Assembly: GCA_035437825.1 (NCBI GenBank)
Contig: DAOMYX010000009.1
Coordinates: forward strand, 952 to 64,951
Source of the DNA: Alphaproteobacteria bacterium
Lineage (GTDB): Bacteria > Pseudomonadota > Alphaproteobacteria > Micavibrionales > UBA2020
Direction of reading: 5' to 3'
Length of the DNA: 64,000 nucleotides
Shown here in pieces: positions 40,113 to 49,859 of the stretch (position 1 is the stretch's first letter; each line of letters opens with the position of its first letter). The position numbers were made by a program, and so were the translations under genes. Below the pieces are notes generated by a model. That model worked only from the letters and a program-made list of their open reading frames with translations. It did not search any database and had not been told where the DNA came from.

Positions 40113-41144
40113 ATGGCCGATCCGCGTTTTTTTCAAAAAGCAGGGCCTTTCACGCTGGGCGAACTTGCGCAGCTGACGGGCGCGACACTGTCCGACCCCG
40201 CTGCGGCGGGCAAGGCGCTTACCGACGTCGCCCCGCTGCAAGACGCGCAAGCGGAGCATCTGTCGTTCCTCGATAACAAGAAATATGCGTCCTTCTTCAA
40301 GGCGACCAAGGCGGGGGCGTGTTTCGTGCGTCCCGAACTGGCGGCAGACGCGCCCGCGGGCACGGTTTGCCTGACGCATAAAAACCCCTATAAAGCCTAT
40401 GCTATTGCGGCGCAGGCGTTTTACCCGCAGCCGAAGCCGGAAACTTTCCGCGCACCGTCGGCTGTTATCGACCCTGCGGCGGTGATTGGTGCAGATTGCC
40501 ACATCGGCCACGGCGCGGTGATTGGCAAAGGTGTTAAAATCGGCGACCGCAGCCGCATTGGCGCGCTGGCGGTTATCGAAGACAACGTTGAAATTGGCGC
40601 TGATTGCGACATCGGCGCGCGCGTCTATCTGACGCATACCGTGATGGGCAACAAAGTGCGCCTGCATCCGGGCGCGGTTATCGGCCGTCCGGGTTTTGGT
40701 TTTGCCATCGACCCCGCGGGCTATGTGGCTGTGCCGCAGCTGGGCCGTGTGATGATTGGCGATGACGTCGAGATTGGCGCCAATACCACCATCGACCGCG
40801 GCGCAGGCCCCGATACGGTTATCGGGCAGGGCACGCGCATCGACAACCTCGTGCAAATCGGACATAACGTGCACATCGGTAAATTCTGCGTGGTTGTGTC
40901 GCAGACGGGCATTTCCGGTTCCACCCAGCTTGGCGATTACGTCATGACGGGCGGGCAGTCGGGCTTTGCCGGCCATCTTAAAATCGGTGCGGGCGCCAAA
41001 ATCGCCGCGCAATCGGGCATCATGCGGGATATCCCGCCGGGCGGGGAAGTCATGGGCTCTCCCGCTGTGCCCATCCGCCAGTTTATGCGCCAGACCGCTA
41101 TCTGGTCGCGCATCAGCCTCAAGAAAGGACAAGACGAAACATGA
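40113..41144 (+). CDS. lpxD: UDP-3-O-acylglucosamine N-acyltransferase
   Basis: N-terminal MADPRFF...LGELA domain followed by a long hexapeptide-repeat left-handed beta-helix. Confidence 0.95.
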   Translation: MADPRFFQKAGPFTLGELAQLTGATLSDPAAAGKALTDVAPLQDAQAEHLSFLDNKKYASFFKATKAGACFVRPELAADAPAGTVCLTHKNPYKAYAIAAQAFYPQPKPETFRAPSAVIDPAAVIGADCHIGHGAVIGKGVKIGDRSRIGALAVIEDNVEIGADCDIGARVYLTHTVMGNKVRLHPGAVIGRPGFGFAIDPAGYVAVPQLGRVMIGDDVEIGANTTIDRGAGPDTVIGQGTRIDNLVQIGHNVHIGKFCVVVSQTGISGSTQLGDYVMTGGQSGFAGHLKIGAGAKIAAQSGIMRDIPPGGEVMGSPAVPIRQFMRQTAIWSRISLKKGQDET

Positions 41145-41614
41145 CGACGACTGAACCGGCAAAGCCTGCTGCACCGCTGCTGGATACCCGCCGCATCATG
41201 GAAATGCTGCCGCATCGCTTTCCGATGCTGCTCATCGACCGCGTACTCGAAGTTGACCCGAGCGAGCGTGCACTCGCCCTTAAAAACGTCACCATCAACG
41301 AAGATTTCTTCAACGGCCATTTTCCGGGCGCACCGGTTATGCCGGGCGTGTTGATTATCGAAGCCATGGCGCAGACCGCGGCCGCGCTGGTTGTGCATTC
41401 GGTCGGTAAAGAGCTTGAAGGCAAGCTTGTCTATTTCATGGCGATTGACGAAGCGAAATTCCGCCGTCCGGTGACGCCGGGCGACCAGTTGAAAATCGAA
41501 GTCGTGCGCGTGCAAAACCGCCGCAACGTCTGGAAGTTCAAAGGCGAAGCGCGGGTGGATGGCGAGCTTTGTGCCGAAGCCATCGTGACCGCTATGATTA
41601 TGGATGGGAAATAA
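41141..41614 (+). CDS. fabZ: 3-hydroxyacyl-ACP dehydratase FabZ
   Basis: [13 protein letters not shown] and [23 protein letters not shown]. Confidence 0.97.
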   Translation: MTTTEPAKPAAPLLDTRRIMEMLPHRFPMLLIDRVLEVDPSERALALKNVTINEDFFNGHFPGAPVMPGVLIIEAMAQTAAALVVHSVGKELEGKLVYFMAIDEAKFRRPVTPGDQLKIEVVRVQNRRNVWKFKGEARVDGELCAEAIVTAMIMDGK

Positions 41615-41771
41615 GCCCTTTTTGCGCAAAAAACGGCTGTTTGGCGTCCAAAAGCCCCCATTTTAAGCTGTTTTTTGTTACAGACTGTCACATAGCGTGA
41701 TTTGGCTCTGAAATTCCATTTTGCTATCAATAACTTATCGTAAAACCGCTGCGCGCACGGAGAGTATATTC

Positions 41772-42578
41772 ATGGCACAGGCCGTCATTCACAAAACCGC
41801 CATCATCGAAGACGGCGCGATTATCGGCGAAGATTGCAAAATCGGCGCTTATTGCGTTGTCGGTCCGAATGTGAAACTCGGCCGCGCGGTGGAGCTTAAA
41901 TCGCATGTCGTTATCGATGGCTATACCACGATTGGCGATGAAACCATTGTCTGGCCGTTTGCGTCCCTCGGCTCCGCGCCGCAGGATTTGAAATTCAAGG
42001 GCGAAAAATCCGAACTGATTATCGGCGCGCGCTGCAAAATCCGTGAACATGTCACCATGAACCCCGGCACCGAAGGCGACAAGATGAAAACCGTCGTCGG
42101 CGACAACTGCCTGTTCATGACTGCATCGCACGTTGCGCATGACTGCATCGTCGGCAACAACGTCATTCTTGCCAATAACGCCACGCTGGCCGGTCACGTC
42201 GAAGTGGGCGATTTCGCCATCATCGGCGGGCTTGCCGCTGTACATCAATTCGTCCGCATCGGGCCTTTCGCCATGATTGGCGGCATGTCGGGCGTTGAAT
42301 ACGACGTCATTCCTTACGGTCTTGTCAAAGGCGAGCGCGCGCATCTGGCCGGTCTTAACTACGTCGGGCTCGAACGCCGCGGCTTTACCAAAGACCAGGT
42401 GCAGCTGCTGATGAAAGCCTTCCGCCAGTTGTTCGATAATAACGGCACGCTGGCCGAGCGCATCAATACCGTTGCCAACGATTTCGGCAGCGAACAGGCT
42501 GTCATGCGCATGATTGAATTCATCCGTGCGAAAGAAGGCCGCTCGGTTCTTCAGCCCAAATCCGCTGCGAACGGTTGA
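41772..42578 (+). CDS. lpxA: acyl-ACP--UDP-N-acetylglucosamine O-acyltransferase
   Basis: Hexapeptide repeats plus a C-terminal helical domain. ATG 41772 is preferred over the track's TTG at 41721. Confidence 0.95.
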   Translation: MAQAVIHKTAIIEDGAIIGEDCKIGAYCVVGPNVKLGRAVELKSHVVIDGYTTIGDETIVWPFASLGSAPQDLKFKGEKSELIIGARCKIREHVTMNPGTEGDKMKTVVGDNCLFMTASHVAHDCIVGNNVILANNATLAGHVEVGDFAIIGGLAAVHQFVRIGPFAMIGGMSGVEYDVIPYGLVKGERAHLAGLNYVGLERRGFTKDQVQLLMKAFRQLFDNNGTLAERINTVANDFGSEQAVMRMIEFIRAKEGRSVLQPKSAANG

Positions 42579-42581
42579 ACC

Positions 42582-43394
42582 ATGTCGCGCCTCGGGATTA
42601 TAGCGGGGAGCGGCGGGCTCCCCCGCAGGCTCATCGAGGCATGCCGCAGGGACGGGCGCGAATTTTTCGTGTTGGGCTTCCGCGGCCAGACCGAAGACGG
42701 TTTGATGTCCGGTGTGCCGCACGGCTGGACGAAACTTGGCGCAACGAATGCGGCGATTGAAATCCTCAAACAGAATAACGTCGATACGCTGGTGATGGCG
42801 GGCGCCATCCGCCGTCCGTCGCTGCGTGAAATGCGGCCGGATTTGCGCACGCTCAAGGTTTTTGCACGTCTTGGGGCTGCAGCCTTTGGCGATGATGCGC
42901 TTTTGCGTGCTGTCGTGGACGAGCTGGAAAAAGAAGGCTTCAGCATTGTCGGTGCGCATGACATTGAACCTGCGCTGATTACCACCACCGGCGTCCTCGG
43001 CCGTATCCAGCCGGGGGAGCAAAATTGCATCGACCGCGATTTCGGTATCAAGGTCACCAAAACCCTCGGCGCGCTTGATGTCGGTCAGGCTGCCGTTGTG
43101 CAGCAGGGGATTGTTATCGGCATTGAAGCTGTCGAGGGTACGGATAACCTGCTCGCGCGGTGCCGCAAGCACCGCCGCCAGGGGATTGGCGGCGTGCTGG
43201 TCAAGTCCTGCAAACCGCAGCAGGACCGCCGCATCGATTTGCCTGCGATTGGCCTGCGCACCGTGCGCCGCGCGTATGAGGCGGGCCTCTCCGGCATTGC
43301 GGTCGAGGCGGGGGCGTCTATTCTTCTCGACCGTGACGAAGTGATTGCCGCGGCGGACAGCCTTGGCCTGTTTATCGAAGGGTTTACCGCATGA
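42582..43394 (+). CDS. lpxI: UDP-2,3-diacylglucosamine diphosphatase LpxI (DUF1009)
   Basis: LGIIAGSGGLP N-terminus and DVGQAAVV...GIEAVEGTD motif; canonical lpxA-lpxI-lpxB position in alphaproteobacteria. Confidence 0.88.
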   Translation: MSRLGIIAGSGGLPRRLIEACRRDGREFFVLGFRGQTEDGLMSGVPHGWTKLGATNAAIEILKQNNVDTLVMAGAIRRPSLREMRPDLRTLKVFARLGAAAFGDDALLRAVVDELEKEGFSIVGAHDIEPALITTTGVLGRIQPGEQNCIDRDFGIKVTKTLGALDVGQAAVVQQGIVIGIEAVEGTDNLLARCRKHRRQGIGGVLVKSCKPQQDRRIDLPAIGLRTVRRAYEAGLSGIAVEAGASILLDRDEVIAAADSLGLFIEGFTA

Positions 43395-44629
43395 CGGATA
43401 TTCTGGGCATGATTGACGAAGATACGCCAAAATCAGCGCTCAAAGAGCCGCTGCGTATTTTTCTGGTCGCGGGTGAGGCGTCGGGCGATCTTCTGGGCGC
43501 GAACCTGATGCGTGCGCTGAAGGCCGAGCGCGCCGATGTGCAATTCTTCGGCGTGGGCGGAAAAAATATGCAGGCGCAGGGTATGGAAAGCCTGTTTCCG
43601 ATGGAAGAACTTTCGGTCATGGGGCTGGCCGAGGTTTTGCCGCGGCTGTTTAAAATCATGGCGCGCATCCGCCAGACCCGCAAAGCTGTTTTGAATATCA
43701 AGCCGCACGCGCTTGTCACCATCGATAGTCCTGATTTCTGTTTCCGCGTCGTGCGGCAGGTCAAGGCGTGCAGCAAGGATATTCCGTGCATTCATTACGT
43801 TGCGCCGAGTGTCTGGGCATGGCGACCGAAGCGGGCGGAGAAGGTGGCGAAGTTCCTCGACCACATCCTCACGTTGTTGCCGTTCGAGCCGCCGTATTTC
43901 ACCCGTCATGGCCTCGATGCGACATTCGTCGGCCATCCTGTTGTTGAAAAAATCGATAGCCGCGGCGATGCCAACCGCTTCCGCGAAAAATACGGTCTCA
44001 AGGCCAATCAGCCCGTATTCTGCATGCTGCCCGGCAGCCGCATGAGCGAGCTGAGCCGTTTGCTGGACAAATTCAGCGAGACGGCCGACATCGTTTTGCG
44101 TCACCGTCATCAGGCGGTTATCGTCATTCCGACGCTTGCGCATCTGAAACCCTATATAGAAAAGTTTTTCGTGGGCAAGGGCATCAACCCGATTGTGGTC
44201 ACGGATGACCAGGACAAATACGACAGCTTTTCTGCAGGTACCGCGGCGCTGGCGGCGTCCGGCACGGTGACGCTGGAACTGGCGCTGGCCGACACGCCGC
44301 ACATCATCGCGTATAAATTGAACCCGATGTCGGCGTGGGTGGCGAAACATCTGGTCAAAACGCCCTATGTTAACCTTATCAATATCCTTCTGCGCCGCCC
44401 TGTGGTGCCGGAACTGCTTTTGGAAGAATGCGAACCGCAGCCGATGTCGCGCGCGCTTTTGCGCCTGATGGACGACCGCGATGCGCGCAGCCAGCAGCTG
44501 ATGGATTTCCGCGAGGCGTTGATTAAAATCGGCCTTGGCGACCCCAAACCGCCGAGCGTGCGCGCGGCCGAAGCCGTTATCGAAACCGTCGAAAAAAATA
44601 TCCTGAAAAAAAGGTCTGCCCTGCCATGA
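43391..44629 (+). CDS. lpxB: lipid-A-disaccharide synthase
   Basis: IFLVAGEASGDLLGA N-terminus, GT-B fold length; overlaps the lpxI end. Confidence 0.95.
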   Translation: MTDILGMIDEDTPKSALKEPLRIFLVAGEASGDLLGANLMRALKAERADVQFFGVGGKNMQAQGMESLFPMEELSVMGLAEVLPRLFKIMARIRQTRKAVLNIKPHALVTIDSPDFCFRVVRQVKACSKDIPCIHYVAPSVWAWRPKRAEKVAKFLDHILTLLPFEPPYFTRHGLDATFVGHPVVEKIDSRGDANRFREKYGLKANQPVFCMLPGSRMSELSRLLDKFSETADIVLRHRHQAVIVIPTLAHLKPYIEKFFVGKGINPIVVTDDQDKYDSFSAGTAALAASGTVTLELALADTPHIIAYKLNPMSAWVAKHLVKTPYVNLINILLRRPVVPELLLEECEPQPMSRALLRLMDDRDARSQQLMDFREALIKIGLGDPKPPSVRAAEAVIETVEKNILKKRSALP

Positions 44630-47600
44630 TGAAGCGTATCGTCGCCGCGCTGTTTGTTTTGCTGCTGGTGGCGCTGGCGCTTTTGCTGGTGGTGCCGAAC
44701 TTTATCGACTGGAACAAGCATAAAGATACGCTGGCCGTGCATGCTGCCGCTTATTTGCAGCGGGATGTTAAAATCGGTGGTGATATTACTTTCCGTCTTT
44801 TGCCGAACCCGCAGCTATCGGTGAGCGATGTCAGTGTGGCCTCGGTCGAAGGGGCCAAAGCGCCTGATTTCTTCAAGCTGCGCCAGCTGGAGGCAAAAAT
44901 CCGCTTTGCGCCACTGCTCGAAGGGCATGTCGAAATCGAAAAAATACATCTGGTCGAGCCTGAGCTGGTGCTTGAAGTGCTGGCCGACGGCCGCGCCAGC
45001 TGGCAAGGGTTGATGCAGGGTGATGCCGCGCGCAAACCGGTCGTTTTTGGTGAGCAGGGCGATGCCGTCAAACTTGAAGACGTGACGCTCAAGGGCGGGC
45101 GCATCCGTTATGTGCAGGCATCATCGGGCGTGGATATGGCGCTTGAACATCTCAACCTTTCTGTCGCGGCGCCCAGCTTGCGCGGGCCTTATAAAATCGT
45201 CGGCGACATGCGTTTCCGCGATGTGCCGGTAAGCGTAGAAGCAACGACGGGGCAGGCCGACGAAAAAGGCATGCCGCTCAATATTCTGTTCCAGCCACTT
45301 GAAAAACTGCCGCAGCTTTCGCTGAAAGGTACGCTTGGTAAAAATGCCGAAGGGGCTTTTTACGAAGGCGATATTCAGCTGGAACAAGGCGCGCCTGCCA
45401 GCCTTTTCACGCAAACCTTCCTGAGTGCGCCTGCCTGGATGCAGGAAGACATGAGCCTGAACGGCAAACTTTCCATGCGTGCGGGGCTGCTGACGCTGGA
45501 AAATATCGACGGGCGCAGCGGCAAAAACGGCAAAGTTTCCGGCAAGGTTTCGTTGAGCCGGCCGCCGATGGAAACGCCAGTTCTTGACGTGGCGCTGAAG
45601 CTTGAACATTTGCCGCTGGGCGGCAAAGAAATGGCGCTGCCCGAAGGAATGCGCGCCAAACTGTCACTGGAGGCAGAGGATGCACTATGGCGTGGCCAGC
45701 GTTTGCCGTCGGTGAAGCTGCTTGCCGAAAGCGGCGGGCAGGCATGGATGGTGCGCAAGCTGAGCGCGCAGCTGGCAGGCAAGACAGAATTTGAAGCCGA
45801 AGGCACGGTGCGGCCTGAACAGCAAACGCAGAGCCTTAAAATAAATTTCTCTACGGCCGATATTGCGGTTTTTGCAAAAAGCTATGCGGGGTTTTTGCCT
45901 GCGGCGGCGGCAAATATCCTGCCGCAACTGCCGGTGCAGGATGTGAAGCTGACGGGTAATCTCGATATCCGCGGCGACCGTACCAGCCTTTATAATTTTA
46001 ACGCTACATCTGGCGCGGAAGGCAAGGCGGGCGGGGTTCTGAATTTCTCCGGTAAAGAGATGGAAGCGCGGCTGAACCTTTTCGGCCTGTCGTGGGACGG
46101 GATGACGCCGGAACAACGCGCAGGTCTGATGAACGTACTTTTTGCCGCAGGTAACGATATTGATATTTCCGCAGGCGGGCAAAAATTTGCAGGCGAGACG
46201 TTTAATAACGTGACGCTCAAGGCGGAAGCGAAAGATAAAGACATCCGGATTGAAAAGTTCTCGGGCATTTACGGTGCAGACGGCGCATTCGGCGTTTCCG
46301 GCAATTTCACCGCATGGCCGCCGGAGGGGGCGGAAAGTGCCGCGCTCGATTTCACGCTCAAGGGCAGCGATGCCGCCGCCGCCGCGAAGCTGGCCGGCTT
46401 CGCGTGGCCGATGCCGCTGAATACAGCCGCACCGCTGGATATTCAGGGTAGCTGGCGCCGCAGCGCAGGGCAGAATACCTATAGCTTCGCAGGTGGATTC
46501 CGCGGCGGTACGGTGGATGTGAAAAAACCGTCAGCCGACGGGCCGCGCAAACTGGTGCTGTCGATGCCGGACAGTCAGGGCTTGCTGGCGCTGTTCGGTA
46601 TGGACATCGACCGTCTGGTCAGCCCCGCGGGCGCCGCGACGCTTGCGGCCGATATGACGGGCGATGATAACGCTTATGTGCTGGACGGTTTGCGCCTGAG
46701 CATCAAGGACGCCGTGACCAGCGGCCGTGCGGAGAAAAACGACAAGGGCATCACGGCAGACCTGCGCACGGCAAGCGCGCAATTTGACCGCTGGCTGGCG
46801 GCGGATATCCGCCAGAGTGTGCCGCTTGCGCTTAAACTGCGTGCAGACAGGGCGGATGCGCGCGGGCTTGCGCTGCAAAATCTGGACAGCGATATGACGG
46901 TCACGTCGTCGAAAATAGACATCCGTGCGCTCAAGGCCGGTATCTGGGGCGGCACAACCAATGCGCGCGGTACGCTCATGCGCGGTGAAAACCGCCAATG
47001 GACGGCCAAGCTGGACGGCGATATTAAATCTTTCCGCCCGCTGCAAATTCCGCACGGCATTATCGGCGTCACGGCGGACGAGGGGGATATGACGTTCGAT
47101 ATGACGGCGCAGGCGCAGGATAAAACACCCTTTGGCGATATCGCGGGCAGCTTCGCGCTCAGCCTGCCGCGCCTTGAGGTGCAGGGTTTTGACCCTGCCG
47201 CGCTGGCGTCCTATCTGGACGGACTAAACGGTGCGCCGCAGGATTTGGCGGCCACGGCACATAAAACCCTGCGCAGTGGGGCTGCCAGCTACGGCGACGT
47301 GAATATCGATTTCACGCGTGCAGGCAATGTCATCACGCTGAAAAGCCTTTCGCTGGACAATCAGGACAGCAGTGTCAAGGTTGAAGGTCATCTGGATACG
47401 GCAGCATCGAAATATGACATAAAGGCATTTTTGACGCTGAAGGCGCTGCGTGATTTGGATGTTCTTGAAATCACGCGCGCAGGCGATGTAACAACTGCGC
47501 CGGATTTGCGTTTTGACAACAAGCCGATTACTGACTTCGCCGCGGCGCGCGCGCCTGCGCCTGTTCCTGAAGTGCCCGCACCTGCGCCCGTGGTGGAAAC

Positions 47601-47880
47601 AGCGCCGATGGGCGAAGACGCGGAAATGTTGCCGCCCGGTTACTTGTCTGTACCGCAGGAAGGTGCCGCACCGCCGCCGGATGAAGAAGGCGAGGAAGAA
47701 CTGTCGCGCGACATTCTGCCGGTCGAGGAAGAAAACCTTTCACCGCCGCCCGTCACGGAAGATACCGCAATGCCGGAGCAAGCCCCGCCGCAGCCGCAAG
47801 ACATCGGTAGCGAACAAGGGCAACCCACGCCGGAGGAGAATAACCCCATCGGCGGTATTCTGGACAGGCTGGGGCAGTAA
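44626..47880 (+). CDS. AsmA family protein (large periplasm-spanning, N-terminal membrane anchor)
   Basis: N-terminal TM and AsmA-type start (LLVVPNFIDWNKHKD...KIGGDITFRLLPNPQLSVSDV...IHLVEPELVL). 1084 aa with an acidic Pro-rich C-terminal tail. ATGATGA junction with lpxB. Confidence 0.85.
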   Translation: MMKRIVAALFVLLLVALALLLVVPNFIDWNKHKDTLAVHAAAYLQRDVKIGGDITFRLLPNPQLSVSDVSVASVEGAKAPDFFKLRQLEAKIRFAPLLEGHVEIEKIHLVEPELVLEVLADGRASWQGLMQGDAARKPVVFGEQGDAVKLEDVTLKGGRIRYVQASSGVDMALEHLNLSVAAPSLRGPYKIVGDMRFRDVPVSVEATTGQADEKGMPLNILFQPLEKLPQLSLKGTLGKNAEGAFYEGDIQLEQGAPASLFTQTFLSAPAWMQEDMSLNGKLSMRAGLLTLENIDGRSGKNGKVSGKVSLSRPPMETPVLDVALKLEHLPLGGKEMALPEGMRAKLSLEAEDALWRGQRLPSVKLLAESGGQAWMVRKLSAQLAGKTEFEAEGTVRPEQQTQSLKINFSTADIAVFAKSYAGFLPAAAANILPQLPVQDVKLTGNLDIRGDRTSLYNFNATSGAEGKAGGVLNFSGKEMEARLNLFGLSWDGMTPEQRAGLMNVLFAAGNDIDISAGGQKFAGETFNNVTLKAEAKDKDIRIEKFSGIYGADGAFGVSGNFTAWPPEGAESAALDFTLKGSDAAAAAKLAGFAWPMPLNTAAPLDIQGSWRRSAGQNTYSFAGGFRGGTVDVKKPSADGPRKLVLSMPDSQGLLALFGMDIDRLVSPAGAATLAADMTGDDNAYVLDGLRLSIKDAVTSGRAEKNDKGITADLRTASAQFDRWLAADIRQSVPLALKLRADRADARGLALQNLDSDMTVTSSKIDIRALKAGIWGGTTNARGTLMRGENRQWTAKLDGDIKSFRPLQIPHGIIGVTADEGDMTFDMTAQAQDKTPFGDIAGSFALSLPRLEVQGFDPAALASYLDGLNGAPQDLAATAHKTLRSGAASYGDVNIDFTRAGNVITLKSLSLDNQDSSVKVEGHLDTAASKYDIKAFLTLKALRDLDVLEITRAGDVTTAPDLRFDNKPITDFAAARAPAPVPEVPAPAPVVETAPMGEDAEMLPPGYLSVPQEGAAPPPDEEGEEELSRDILPVEEENLSPPPVTEDTAMPEQAPPQPQDIGSEQGQPTPEENNPIGGILDRLGQ

Positions 47881-47897
47881 GCGATTACTTGCCTGTT

Positions 47898-48119
47898 TTA
47901 CGCGGGTTTTTGCTTATAGTGTTCCAAAATGAAAACGCGCAGGGCACTCGACAGATTGTCCGGGTGGTCGGAGTCGATTCCGGCGATAAGCCCGTTAATC
48001 GAAACACCCTTTTCTTCGGCGATTTCTTTGAGGCTGTCCCAGAAGGCCTGTTCCAGCGTGATGCTGGTGCGGTGTCCGGCGACGGTAATGGAATGTTTTT
48101 GAGAGAGACGATGGGGCAT
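47898..48119 (-). CDS. ribbon-helix-helix domain protein (RHH_4-like)
   Basis: SITVAGHRTSITLEQAFWDSLKEIAEEKGVSINGLIAGID...NLSSALRVFILEHY matches the small alphaproteobacterial RHH family as I recall it. ATG 48119 with an AAAGGA RBS; the track start at 48242 is an upstream extension. Confidence 0.75.
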   Translation of the reverse strand: MPHRLSQKHSITVAGHRTSITLEQAFWDSLKEIAEEKGVSINGLIAGIDSDHPDNLSSALRVFILEHYKQKPA

Positions 48120-48242
48120 CGAAGTTCCTTTCTGGCAGCGGGAGCGCAGGATGATGCAAGGCCCTGTTTCTCCCTTACGGTGCAATTGTACCGCAAATTT
48201 ATTAAAAAATGTAGTGGGTTTATGCGGGAAAGCATCTCCCAT

Positions 48243-48275
48243 AAAAAAGCGCCGCCTTTGCGGGCGGCGCTTTTT
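48243..48275 (-). terminator. rho-independent terminator of fumC (bidirectional shape)
   Basis: AAAAAA-GCGCCGCC-tttgcg-GGCGGCGC-TTTTT, 22 nt downstream of the fumC stop. Confidence 0.8.
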
Positions 48276-48296
48276 GCGTAATGCGGATAGGCGCGC

Positions 48297-49724
48297 TTAG
48301 TCGCGCGGGCCAATCATGGTTTCGGGCTTCACGGCCTTGTCGAATTCCTCGGCGGAGAGGAGGTTCAACTCAACCGCCGCGTCTTTCAGCGTGCCGCCGG
48401 TTTTGTGGGCGTGCTTGGCGATTTTGGCGGCGTTGTCATAGCCGATGACGGGGTTCAGCGACGTGACCAGCATCAGGCTTTCATTGAGCAGCTTGGTGAT
48501 GCGCTCGCGGTTCGGCTCGATACCGACGACGCAGTTGTCGGTGAAGCTGCGCGCCGCATCTGCCAGCAGGCGGATGGATTGCAGCAGGTTGTAAATCATC
48601 ACAGGCTTGAACACGTTGAGTTCAAAATGGCCGTTAGAGCCGGCGATGGAAACCGTGGTGTGGTTGCCCATGATTTGTGCGCAGACCATGGTCAGTGCTT
48701 CGGACTGGGTCGGGTTGACCTTGCCCGGCATGATGGAGGAGCCGGGTTCGTTCTCCGGCAGGCTAATCTCGCCAATGCCGCAGCGCGGGCCGGAGCCGAG
48801 CAAACGCACGTCATTCGCGATTTTCATCAGCGAGCAGGCGATGGTGTTCATCGCGCCCGAAGATTCCACCACCGCATCATGCGCCGCCATGGCTTCGAAT
48901 TTGTTTTCGGCCGTGGTGAAGGGGATATCGGTGATTTGCGATACTTTTTGCGCGAACAGTTCGGCAAAGCCTTTTTTGCAGTTAAGGCCGGTGCCGACGG
49001 CGGTGCCGCCCTGCGCCAGTTGCGACAGGCGGGGCAGGCCGGCCTTCACGCGCTCGATACCGTATTTGACCTGCATGGCATAGCCGGAGAATTCCTGCCC
49101 CAGCGTGACGGGCGTGGCGTCCTGCAAATGGGTGCGGCCGATTTTGATGATGTCCTTGAACGCCTGTGCCTTGGCATCCAGTGCCGCGTGCAGGTGTTCG
49201 AGCGCGGGAATAAGTTCGTGGTGGATTTGCTCCACCGCCGCGATGTGCATGACAGTCGGGAAAGTATCGTTCGACGACTGGCCGTAATTCACATGGTCGT
49301 TCGGGTGAACAGGTTTTTTGGAGCCGATTTCACCGCCCAGAATTTCAATCGCGCGGTTGGAAACAACCTCGTTGATGTTCATGTTGGTTTGGGTGCCCGA
49401 ACCGGTTTGCCACACGACAAGGGGGAAATGCTCGTTCAGCGTGCCGTCCATAACTTCTTCGGCGGCCTGTACGATGGCGCTGCCGATTTTCTTGTCAAGC
49501 GCGCCTAATTCCATATTCGCGAGGGCGGCGGCTTTTTTCTGTACGCCCAGCGCGCGCACCAGCGGCAGGGGCATGCGCTCGGTGCCGATTTTGAAGTTTT
49601 CGAAGGAGCGCTGCGTCTGTGCGCCCCAATATTTGTCGGCGGGTACTTCGACTTCGCCCATAGAGTCGGTTTCGATGCGAACCTGGGGGATTTCTTCGGC
49701 GGATGCCGTCTGGCTGGGGGACAT
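48297..49724 (-). CDS. fumC: class II fumarate hydratase
   Basis: [13 protein letters not shown] signature and the N-terminal [24 protein letters not shown] 49724 is preferred over the TTG at 49763. Confidence 0.96.
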   Translation of the reverse strand: MSPSQTASAEEIPQVRIETDSMGEVEVPADKYWGAQTQRSFENFKIGTERMPLPLVRALGVQKKAAALANMELGALDKKIGSAIVQAAEEVMDGTLNEHFPLVVWQTGSGTQTNMNINEVVSNRAIEILGGEIGSKKPVHPNDHVNYGQSSNDTFPTVMHIAAVEQIHHELIPALEHLHAALDAKAQAFKDIIKIGRTHLQDATPVTLGQEFSGYAMQVKYGIERVKAGLPRLSQLAQGGTAVGTGLNCKKGFAELFAQKVSQITDIPFTTAENKFEAMAAHDAVVESSGAMNTIACSLMKIANDVRLLGSGPRCGIGEISLPENEPGSSIMPGKVNPTQSEALTMVCAQIMGNHTTVSIAGSNGHFELNVFKPVMIYNLLQSIRLLADAARSFTDNCVVGIEPNRERITKLLNESLMLVTSLNPVIGYDNAAKIAKHAHKTGGTLKDAAVELNLLSAEEFDKAVKPETMIGPRD

Positions 49725-49859
49725 TCTTTTACCCTCTGATATGGATGAAAAACTGCCGCTCAATCTAGCAAAATGCCTTCACAAATCAATGGTCTTGCCG
49801 CTATATTATGTATCTCAAAAATCAAATAAAAACGGCCATCGGCAGAGGACATAATACAG

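Noticed and set aside
41615-41771. Unusually long (157 nt) fabZ-lpxA gap with the palindrome TTTTTGCGCAAAAA
   Set aside because: It could be an internal promoter or operator. However, the palindrome is A/T-tract dominated, there is no further structure or repeat-family similarity, and there is too little evidence to call a feature.
37329-43430. Minus-strand ORFs 37329-38858 (509 aa), 40071-41174 (367 aa) and 41727-43430 (567 aa)
   Set aside because: They are the antisense of bamA, lpxD and lpxA-lpxI respectively; the sense genes have clear family signatures and operon logic.
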